From IMG/VR virus record IMGVR_UViG_3300048576_000566, positions 1-48,447 of that record: a DNA stretch of 48,447 nucleotides; one strand, 5' to 3'. The translations under genes were made by a program, and so were the position numbers. Every line of letters begins with the position of its first letter. The stretch's first letter is position 1. The notes beneath the pieces are model-generated. The model searched no databases and was not told the DNA's origin. It was given only the letters and a program-made list of their open reading frames with translations. Origin of the DNA: a virus (Duplodnaviria; Caudoviricetes). Shown piece by piece: positions 34,155-41,735 of this stretch.

Positions 34155-35482
34155 CCGTGCGCATTATGAATCTGGTCGCACCCCTGCCTCACGAGGGCAC
34201 GGCTATGCACACCGCGGATACCGGGGAGCCCGGCTCCCGCCGGTCCGGTGCAGTTTCCCCGCCGAGCAGTCGGCGGGGCGACGTGGAAAGTGCGAACACA
34301 CGGCGTTCGTCCAGAACTTCGACAACGGCAATCAGAACAACAACAACCTCTCGTCTGAGGTCCGCGTCCGTGCCGTCAGCAGATTCATCCAACTACTCCT
34401 TCGAGCTCCTGCTCCGCGCCTATATCGATTGCCGCAAGAACAAGCGGAACACGGCCAGCGCGCTGGCGTTCGAGCAGGATCTGGAACGCAACTTGTGGCA
34501 ACTCCATGAGGAACTGACCGAGGGCAGCTACGCTCCCGGCAGATCCATCTGTTTCGTCATCACCCGGCCGAAGCCGCGCGAGGTGTGGGCAGCAGATTTC
34601 CGTGATCGCATCGTGCATCACCTTCTGCACAACCGCCTCGCGCCCTATTTTCACGCCCGCTTCATCGCCGATTCCTGCGCCTGCATCCCGGGCCGCGGCA
34701 CGCTGTACGCCGCCGAGCGCCTGGAGGCCAAGGTGCGCAGCATCACCCAGAACTGGAGCCGTCCGGCGTACTACCTGAAATGCGACCTGGAGAACTTCTT
34801 CGTCAGGATCGACAAGCGCATCCTGATGGGCCTGCTGGCTCCGAACATCGACGATCCGTGGTGGCTGCGGCTCGCCGAGGTGATCATGTTCCACGACCCG
34901 CGCCAGAACTACGCGCTGCGCGGGGACGCCCGCCTGATCGAGCGCGTGCCGCCGCACAAGCGCCTGGCCAGCCAGCCGGGGCACATCGGCATGGCGATCG
35001 GCAACCTGCCGAGCCAGTTCGGGGCGAACGTCTACCTCGACGTGCTCGACCAGTTCGCCAAGCACGTCCTGCACTGCCGCCACTACATCCGCTACGTGGA
35101 CGACTTCGTTCTGCTCCATGAATCGCCCGACTGGCTCAACGAAGCGAAGGAAAAGATGGAGGCCGTGCTGCAGGACAGGCTGCACGCCCGGCTGAACCCG
35201 AAGAAGACCGTCCTGCAGCCGGTCGCCCGCGGCATCGATTTCGTCGGCCAGGTCGTCAAGCCATGGCACCGCACCTTGCGCCGGCGCACCTTCCACGAAG
35301 CCATGTGCCGGGTTTACGAGGCCGATGACGACGACCTGTTCGCCACGGCCAACAGCTACTTCGGCCTGTTCCGGCAGGCCTCCCACAGCCACCACGACCG
35401 TGCCGAGCTGGCCAACCTGCTGCGCCGGCGCGGGCACTGCGTCAAAACCAACCTCACCAAAACCTACAGGAGATCCGCGTAA
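34151..35482 (+). CDS. DGR reverse transcriptase (alternative start GTG 34370)
   Basis: FRDRIVHH, YYLKCDLENFF, IGNLPSQ (DGR-type SQ), YIRYVDDF, GIDFVG. Confidence 0.95.
   Translation: MTVRIMNLVAPLPHEGTAMHTADTGEPGSRRSGAVSPPSSRRGDVESANTRRSSRTSTTAIRTTTTSRLRSASVPSADSSNYSFELLLRAYIDCRKNKRNTASALAFEQDLERNLWQLHEELTEGSYAPGRSICFVITRPKPREVWAADFRDRIVHHLLHNRLAPYFHARFIADSCACIPGRGTLYAAERLEAKVRSITQNWSRPAYYLKCDLENFFVRIDKRILMGLLAPNIDDPWWLRLAEVIMFHDPRQNYALRGDARLIERVPPHKRLASQPGHIGMAIGNLPSQFGANVYLDVLDQFAKHVLHCRHYIRYVDDFVLLHESPDWLNEAKEKMEAVLQDRLHARLNPKKTVLQPVARGIDFVGQVVKPWHRTLRRRTFHEAMCRVYEADDDDLFATANSYFGLFRQASHSHHDRAELANLLRRRGHCVKTNLTKTYRRSA
34300..34380 (+). ncRNA. DGR template repeat (TR)
   Basis: AAC-rich copy of both VRs; 20 adenines, 7 AAY codons in the VR frame. 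Confidence 0.93.
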
Positions 35483-35814
35483 TGGAAAACTCGAAATTCG
35501 AATCCTGGTGCATCGTCGAACTGTTCGGCCACCAGCGCATCGCCGGGCTCGTCACCGAGCAGACCATCGGCAGCAGCAGCTTCGTGCGCGTCGATGTGCC
35601 AGCCTGCGGCGACGTGCCCGAATACACGCGCTTCTTCGGCAACGGCGCGATCTACGCCATCAACCCGGTCGCCGAGCCGATCGCCCGGGCCGCCGCCGCG
35701 CAGTTCAATGCCCGTCCGGTGTCGCTCTACGAGTTGCCCGAGCTGCGTGAATTACTCGGCCAAAGGGAGTTGTCCTTCCAGCCGGACCCGGACGACGAAG
35801 GAGGGGTTTTCTGA
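35482..35814 (+). CDS. Conserved hypothetical phage protein
   Basis: WCIVELFGHQRIAG...FVRVDVP...AIYAINP motif. Confidence 0.7.
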   Translation: MENSKFESWCIVELFGHQRIAGLVTEQTIGSSSFVRVDVPACGDVPEYTRFFGNGAIYAINPVAEPIARAAAAQFNARPVSLYELPELRELLGQRELSFQPDPDDEGGVF

Positions 35815-36629
35815 TGACCACCTCCATCCGCCCCGACATCCTCACCGTCTCGGGCCACTACTTCGACTTCCTCGACCCGACGCACAACGTCGTCCAGGTC
35901 ACCGACATCGCGCACGCGCTGTCGCAGGTCTGCCGCTTCGCCGGCCACACCCGCGAGTTCTACTCGGTCGCGCAGCACAGCGTGCTGGTCAGCGACATCG
36001 TCTCCCCCGAGAACGCTCTGATCGCGCTCTTCCATGACGCGGTCGAAGCCTACATCGGCGACGTCACCCGGCCGCTGAAGAACCTGCTGCCCGAATACCG
36101 CGTCATCGAAGCGCGCCTGCAGGCCGACATCTTCCGCAAGCTCGGCCTGCCCGAGCAGATCCCCGCGGAGGTCAAGCATGCGGACCTGATCCTGCTCGCC
36201 ACCGAGCAGCGCGACCTGATGCCCGAGCACGACGACGAATGGTCCCTCATCGCGCACGTCGACCCGTTGCCGGACAGCATCGTGGCGTGGTCACCCGACG
36301 AGGCAGAAGAGTACTTCCTCGACCGGTATTGGGAGCTGACCGATCCGGACGGCCCGGCACGCATCCCTCTCGATCGACAGACTAAACCCGCATCAACGAA
36401 ATACGCCGACATGGCGCTGTGCTCGTCGCCGCTGAGCTACGACGAGGCCGTGCGGATGGAAGCCGAGCTGATGCCGCTGCTGCGCTACCTCGGCTCTCCC
36501 GGTGACTGGGGTTATGGCACTAAGCTCGGACGGTTGACCGAAGTGCTGCATGGCCTGCGCGGCGAGATCCGGCAGTCCGGCAAAGCGGCGGCGGCCCTCG
36601 AAACGAAGGATCAGGACGGTGCCGCATGA
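35814..36629 (+). CDS. HD-family phosphohydrolase (YfbR/YfdR-like deoxynucleotidase)
   Basis: DIAHALS..CRFAGH, YSVAQHS, LFHDAVEAYIGD, VKHAD. Confidence 0.85.
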   Translation: MTTSIRPDILTVSGHYFDFLDPTHNVVQVTDIAHALSQVCRFAGHTREFYSVAQHSVLVSDIVSPENALIALFHDAVEAYIGDVTRPLKNLLPEYRVIEARLQADIFRKLGLPEQIPAEVKHADLILLATEQRDLMPEHDDEWSLIAHVDPLPDSIVAWSPDEAEEYFLDRYWELTDPDGPARIPLDRQTKPASTKYADMALCSSPLSYDEAVRMEAELMPLLRYLGSPGDWGYGTKLGRLTEVLHGLRGEIRQSGKAAAALETKDQDGAA

Positions 36630-38437
36630 AACGCGACGCCTTTACCTTCGCTGCGCCGGACGTCCGCGAGATCCGCCATTTCCACCTCTTCGGCGCCATC
36701 GGCGGCGGCGCCAAGGGCTTCATGCGCGGCAAGGCGCGCGTCGGCAACATGGTCGCGCGCTCGCGCTGCATTGGCTCGGTCGACGTCGACGCCGCGGCCA
36801 ACCGCGACTTCAAGCGCCTGGTCGGCGTCGAGGCCACCACGCTGGACCTGTTCGACCGCGCGCAATACACCGCCTTCCACGGCCACGAGCCGCCGGCCGG
36901 CTGGCGCGAGGCGACGCCCGAGGACATCCGCAAGGCCGCCGGCCACGAATTCCCGCACATTGTCTTCCTCTCGGCGCCGTGCAAGGGCTTCTCCGGGCTG
37001 CTCAACGAGACCCGGAGCAAGACGGACAAGTACCAGGCGCTCAACCGCCTGACGCTGCGCGGCGTCTGGCTGATGCTCGAAGCCTTCAAGGACGATCTGC
37101 CCGAGCTGATCGTCTTCGAGAACGTGCCCCGGATCGCCACGCGCGGCCGGCACCTGCTGGACCAGATCGGCGACCTGCTGCGCGCCTACGGCTACGCCGT
37201 CGCCGAGACGACGCACGACTGCGGCGAGCTCGGCGAACTGGCCGAGAGCCGCAAGCGCTTCCTGCTCGTCGCCCGCAACACCGCCAAGGTGCCGCCGTTC
37301 CTGTACGAGCCGCCGAAGAAGCGCCTGCAGGCCGTCGGCACCGTCCTCGGCCGCATGCCGCTGCCGGGCGATCCCGCCGGTGGTCCGATGCACCGCATTC
37401 CGAACCTGCAGTGGAAGACCTGGGTGCGCCTGGCCTTCGTCGAGGCCGGCAGCGACTGGCGTAGCCTGAACCGGCTGGCGGTCGAGGACGGCGTCCTGCG
37501 CGACTACCTGATCGTTCCCGGCTACCACCACGGCTATCTTGGCGTGCAGCGCTGGGAGGAAACGAGTGGCACGATCCAGGGCCGATCGAGCCCGAGCAAC
37601 GGCGCCTTCTCGATCGCGGATCCGCGCCCGACGGCCGGCATGCTGGAATACTCGCAGTACGGCGTGATGCGGATGGAAGACACGTCGGGAGCGATCATCA
37701 ACGTCAAGTCGCCCGGGCAGGGCACATTCTGCGTCGCCGATCCGCGGCACGCCGGCCCGGCCAAGCACTCGAACGAGTTCCGCATCGTTCCATGGCAGCG
37801 TTCGGCGGTCGCCGTCACCAGCGCGCACGGCTCCGGGCAATGCGTCGCCGATCCAAGGCCGCCACAGGACCGCAAACCGTTCGGCAAATACGCCGTGGCG
37901 AAATTCAGCGGCAGCACCGGGACGGTGATCAGCAGCGATGATTCCGGCGCCTACGCCGTCGCCGACCCCAGGCCGAACGGCATCCCGCAGAAGGGCGACC
38001 ATTACCTCACTGGCGGCCACTACGGCGTCTGCAAGTGGGAGCAATCGAGCGGCGCCGTATCCTCGGCCGCCTGCCATGACAACGGCCGCTGGTCCGTAGC
38101 CGACCCTCGCCTGCCGGAAGCCAGCGACAAACTCGTCGCCGTCATCCGCGCCCTCGACGGCACCTGGCACCGGCCCTTCACCACGCTCGAACTCGCCGCG
38201 ATCCAGTCGCTGGTCGATCCGGAAGAAGTCCTGGAGCTCGACGGCCTCTCCGACAGCGCCTGGCGCGAGCGTATCGGCAACGCCGTCCCTCCGGCAGCGG
38301 CCGAAGCGATCGCCAGCACGATGTTCCATACCCTGCTGTTGGCCTGGTCGGGCGAGACCTTCATGCTCTCGGCCACGCCGATCTGGGTGCGGCCGGTTGC
38401 GGTGGCGCTCTCCGTGGCGCAGGGAGGTGCGGCATGA
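36626..38437 (+). CDS. C5 cytosine DNA methyltransferase with repeated variable region
   Basis: LFGAIGG, APCKGFS, FENVP, SRKRF, IGNAVP; five ADPR repeats. Confidence 0.88.
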   Translation: MKRDAFTFAAPDVREIRHFHLFGAIGGGAKGFMRGKARVGNMVARSRCIGSVDVDAAANRDFKRLVGVEATTLDLFDRAQYTAFHGHEPPAGWREATPEDIRKAAGHEFPHIVFLSAPCKGFSGLLNETRSKTDKYQALNRLTLRGVWLMLEAFKDDLPELIVFENVPRIATRGRHLLDQIGDLLRAYGYAVAETTHDCGELGELAESRKRFLLVARNTAKVPPFLYEPPKKRLQAVGTVLGRMPLPGDPAGGPMHRIPNLQWKTWVRLAFVEAGSDWRSLNRLAVEDGVLRDYLIVPGYHHGYLGVQRWEETSGTIQGRSSPSNGAFSIADPRPTAGMLEYSQYGVMRMEDTSGAIINVKSPGQGTFCVADPRHAGPAKHSNEFRIVPWQRSAVAVTSAHGSGQCVADPRPPQDRKPFGKYAVAKFSGSTGTVISSDDSGAYAVADPRPNGIPQKGDHYLTGGHYGVCKWEQSSGAVSSAACHDNGRWSVADPRLPEASDKLVAVIRALDGTWHRPFTTLELAAIQSLVDPEEVLELDGLSDSAWRERIGNAVPPAAAEAIASTMFHTLLLAWSGETFMLSATPIWVRPVAVALSVAQGGAA

Positions 38438-38694
38438 TCGATTCCCCCTTCTCCGCGCTCAGACCGACAGCATGGAAAACGATCAGAACGATCGTAACGA
38501 GCAGAGGAACCCGTTTTGACGTGTTCGCTGAAACCGATCATTTCGTCATGTGCCATGAGCCTGTTGGAAATACTGACACCGTAAGCGACGCAATCCTTGA
38601 CTTCGAGGATATGGCGACCCGTGGATACTGGCTTTGCCACATCCGGAATGATTACGGTGCGCACGTCATGTTCGAGAAGCGAGGCACCACATGA
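38434..38694 (+). CDS. Small lower-GC hypothetical protein
   Basis: ATGA coupled on both sides. Confidence 0.55.
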   Translation: MIDSPFSALRPTAWKTIRTIVTSRGTRFDVFAETDHFVMCHEPVGNTDTVSDAILDFEDMATRGYWLCHIRNDYGAHVMFEKRGTT

Positions 38695-39047
38695 ACCAGG
38701 CGATCTACCCGGAAACATTGGCGGAAATGACCAAGGCACGCGCCGGCGAGAAATACCGCCCCGGCAACGGTACCGAAGGCGAGTGCTTCTTTGCCGCTTG
38801 GTGCTGCAAGTGCCAGCGCGACAAGGCCATGCGTGAAGGCTGCGACGTCGACGAGTGCGATGACAATGAGCGCTGCGACATCATCGCGTACACGATGTGT
38901 TACGACGTCGAGGACGCGGAATACCCGACGGAGTGGCAGATCGGCACGGACGGGCAACCGTGCTGCACCGCCTTTGTCCCAGCGGGCGAGGCGATTCCCG
39001 AGCCGCGCTGCGCATATACGCTGGACTTGTTCGGGGGTGCAGCGTGA
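38691..39047 (+). CDS. Cys-rich hypothetical phage protein
   Basis: YRPGNGTEGE.F...WC.KC.RD motif; coupled. Confidence 0.65.
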   Translation: MNQAIYPETLAEMTKARAGEKYRPGNGTEGECFFAAWCCKCQRDKAMREGCDVDECDDNERCDIIAYTMCYDVEDAEYPTEWQIGTDGQPCCTAFVPAGEAIPEPRCAYTLDLFGGAA

Positions 39048-39253
39048 TCAAGAACCACCACACGAGCATTGCCACCCGTAAAGAGCATCGCTGCGATGAG
39101 TGCGGCCGGCGCATTCCGATCGGCGCCCGCTACTGGTCGTCTGACGATGGAGAGTGGCGCGAACACACGAATTGCGAGATGTACCGGGCGGAGCCTGTGC
39201 TTCCGCGCGGCTTCAATCAAAGGCGCACGGGAAAGAGAAGAGGTATCGCATGA
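39044..39253 (+). CDS. Small zinc-finger-like protein
   Basis: GTGA coupled; RKEHRCDECG..I..G.RY...H..C. Confidence 0.55.
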   Translation: MIKNHHTSIATRKEHRCDECGRRIPIGARYWSSDDGEWREHTNCEMYRAEPVLPRGFNQRRTGKRRGIA

Positions 39254-39603
39254 CCGTCCGCGACACGTCACGGAGGTTCCCTGTGACCAAAATCGAACTC
39301 AAAAGCTCGTGGATCGAGATTTTTCAGGACGCACCCACAACAGCGATAAGGCGGTCTCGCTGGGCGACATGGTTGCGTCTCGCTCGGGCGTCTGGTGCCC
39401 GTGATCAGGCCGTGATCTGGTCGGACGGTTCTGAATGCTGTCACGGCTGCGCCAGACGACGCGGAGGCTGGTGTCAGGCGCAGTCGCTGCCCTGCACCGT
39501 CAATCCGATCCTGACAATGCGCCACGGGATGATCGGAATGGCGTGCATGGGGCTGGGCTTTATTCCAAAGCAGATGACTCTGGCTCTCGGAGGTGCGGCA
39601 TGA
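39250..39603 (+). CDS. Cys-rich hypothetical protein
   Basis: Coupled on both sides; ends GGAA. Confidence 0.55.
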   Translation: MTVRDTSRRFPVTKIELKSSWIEIFQDAPTTAIRRSRWATWLRLARASGARDQAVIWSDGSECCHGCARRRGGWCQAQSLPCTVNPILTMRHGMIGMACMGLGFIPKQMTLALGGAA

Positions 39604-40832
39604 CCGTCCGCGACCTCTCCCTCTTCGTAGGCGGCGCCCGCCTGCAGATGACCGAGTCCATCGAGCTCACCATCCAGAGCCTGCAGGCCTACGGCCCGGC
39701 GCACGATCACTGGGTCATCGCGTGGTCCGGCGGCAAGGACAGCACGGCCACGCTGACGATCATCCTCTACCTGATCGCGGCCGGGCTCGTCCGCGCGCCC
39801 CGGCGCATCACCGTCCTCTACGCCGACACCCGGCAGGAACTCCCGCCGCTGGCCATCGCCGCCATGGAGATCATGGACTGCCTGGCCGAGCGCGGCATCG
39901 AGTTCCGCATCGTCCGCGCCCCGCTCGACAAGCGGTTCATGCCCTACATGCTCGGCCGCGGCGTGCCGCCGCCGAACAACAACACGCTGCGATGGTGCAC
40001 GCGCCAGATTAAAGTCGATCCGATGACCGCCGCCATCGCCGAATCGCTCGGCGACGGTACGGCGCTGGTGCTTACCGGCGTGCGCCAGGGCGAGAGCGCG
40101 ATCCGCGACCGCCGCATCGAGATGAGCTGCAGCAAGGACGGCGCCGAGTGCGGCCAGGGCTGGTATCAGCAGGTGCTGCCCGAGAGCAAGGGCGTGCGCG
40201 GCCGCATCGCCACGCTGGCACCGCTCCTGCACTGGCGCGTTTGCCACGTCTGGGAGTGGCTGCGCCACTGGGCGCCCCGCGCCGAATACGGCGACTGGCC
40301 GACCGAGATCATCGCCGACGCCTACGGCGGCGACGAGGCCGAGGAGGTCAATGCCCGCACCGGTTGCGTCGGCTGCCCGCTGGCTCAGGAGGAAAAAGCC
40401 CTGGAGTCGATCCTAGCCATGCCGCGCTGGTCGCATCTCGCGCCGCTGCGCGAACTCAAGCCGCTCTACCGCTGGCTGCGCGAGCCGGCGCAGCGCCTGC
40501 GTAAATCAGGCATTGAGCGCCTGAAAGACGGGTCGATCGGTAAGAACCCGCAGCGCATGGGGCCGCTCACCTTCGCCGCCCGAGCGGAAGCGCTGGAGCG
40601 CGTGCTGGACATCCAGCGCCGGATCAACGCCGGCGCCGCCGGCCGTCACGCCCCGTTCCTGCTGATCGACGACATCGAAGAGTCGCGCATCCGCGAACTG
40701 ATCGCCGCTGGCACCTGGCCGGATGGCTGGGACGGCGACGAGCCGACCGCCGACACTTTTCTGCCGGTGACCATCTACGCCAACGGCGCCGAGCAACACG
40801 ATCTCTTCGGACTGGAGGATGTTTTCCGATGA
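39600..40832 (+). CDS. PAPS-reductase/DndC-like PP-loop protein
   Basis: WSGGKDS, YADT..E, RWCTRQIK, TGVR..ES..R, RTGCVGCP. Confidence 0.85.
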   Translation: MTVRDLSLFVGGARLQMTESIELTIQSLQAYGPAHDHWVIAWSGGKDSTATLTIILYLIAAGLVRAPRRITVLYADTRQELPPLAIAAMEIMDCLAERGIEFRIVRAPLDKRFMPYMLGRGVPPPNNNTLRWCTRQIKVDPMTAAIAESLGDGTALVLTGVRQGESAIRDRRIEMSCSKDGAECGQGWYQQVLPESKGVRGRIATLAPLLHWRVCHVWEWLRHWAPRAEYGDWPTEIIADAYGGDEAEEVNARTGCVGCPLAQEEKALESILAMPRWSHLAPLRELKPLYRWLREPAQRLRKSGIERLKDGSIGKNPQRMGPLTFAARAEALERVLDIQRRINAGAAGRHAPFLLIDDIEESRIRELIAAGTWPDGWDGDEPTADTFLPVTIYANGAEQHDLFGLEDVFR

Positions 40833-41239
40833 CGAACTACCCGCTGATCCCCCTCGAAATCGTCGCCCCCCCATCCCGCGGCAGAATCGTCTACCGTGCC
40901 TTCGACCATCTGATTGCTCCCTTTGCCGGCGGCCTGTTGTTTATTCCCGTCGCGCAGGTGTTGTGCAATCTCAACGAGGTCGTCGACCGCTGCCCGCTGC
41001 CCTGGGATGAAGTCTGGTCGGTGCTGGACACGCCGGTCGAGGACGCGCGCGAGATCCTCGAGGACGGCCTGCATGCCCGCTGGCCCCAGCTCTCTATGCT
41101 ATTCACCCGCGACTGGTCCCTCGACTTCCTCGGCCTCGGCAACAGCCAGGGGCAGCGGAAAACGATCGAGCGCCTATCGCATCCGTCCGGCGTACGTTAC
41201 GTGCGGGTTGAGACCAAAAACCAGGGAGGCGACCAATGA
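40829..41239 (+). CDS. Hypothetical protein
   Basis: GGAGG SD, ATGA coupled. Confidence 0.55.
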   Translation: MTNYPLIPLEIVAPPSRGRIVYRAFDHLIAPFAGGLLFIPVAQVLCNLNEVVDRCPLPWDEVWSVLDTPVEDAREILEDGLHARWPQLSMLFTRDWSLDFLGLGNSQGQRKTIERLSHPSGVRYVRVETKNQGGDQ

Positions 41240-41496
41240 AAACAGTGGCTCGGACCATCTTCGCTGTCGTTCTTGTGTTCTTCATTTTTTGGCCCTGGCT
41301 GTTGCGCTGCCTCGATCTCGCCTGGATGGTCGCGTCCGGAAAGTGGCTGACATACGGGCACTGGTGGGACGCGCTATGGACGGATGGAACCTACAAATTT
41401 TGGCCGTTCTACGCGATCGCGATCGTTTTTGTCTCGTCCTTGATCTGGGCCGGGTTGGAATGGACTGATCGAGAGAAAGGCGAAAAGAGGGATTGA
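41236..41496 (+). CDS. Small membrane protein
   Basis: Two Trp/Phe-rich hydrophobic segments; lower GC. Confidence 0.6.
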   Translation: MKTVARTIFAVVLVFFIFWPWLLRCLDLAWMVASGKWLTYGHWWDALWTDGTYKFWPFYAIAIVFVSSLIWAGLEWTDREKGEKRD

Positions 41497-41720
41497 TCAT
41501 GCCCGAACCCTGCGATTGCCTGAATTATTGCGGCGACGATCCTTGGCTGGCGGACGGTCGTTCCTATCCGTGCGCGGAGAAGAAGCGGTCCGACGCTGCC
41601 GCCGCTCGTGCCGCTCGACGCGAGGACCGGACCCGTTCCCTCCTCGCCGAGCTCGGACACCCTGGCGATGTTCTCGGGGCACTGAGAGAACTCAAGACCC
41701 TCCGCAACTCCTGTAATTAG
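41493..41720 (+). CDS. Small Cys-containing hypothetical protein
   Basis: PCDCLNYCGDDPW motif; start may be ATG 41499. Confidence 0.5.
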   Translation: MIMPEPCDCLNYCGDDPWLADGRSYPCAEKKRSDAAAARAARREDRTRSLLAELGHPGDVLGALRELKTLRNSCN

Positions 41721-41735
41721 AACTGTGGATGCCTC

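Noticed and set aside
34151-35482. RT as group II intron, retron or Abi RT
   Set aside because: avd, TR/VR pairs with adenine-specific mismatches and the GNLxSQ motif identify a DGR
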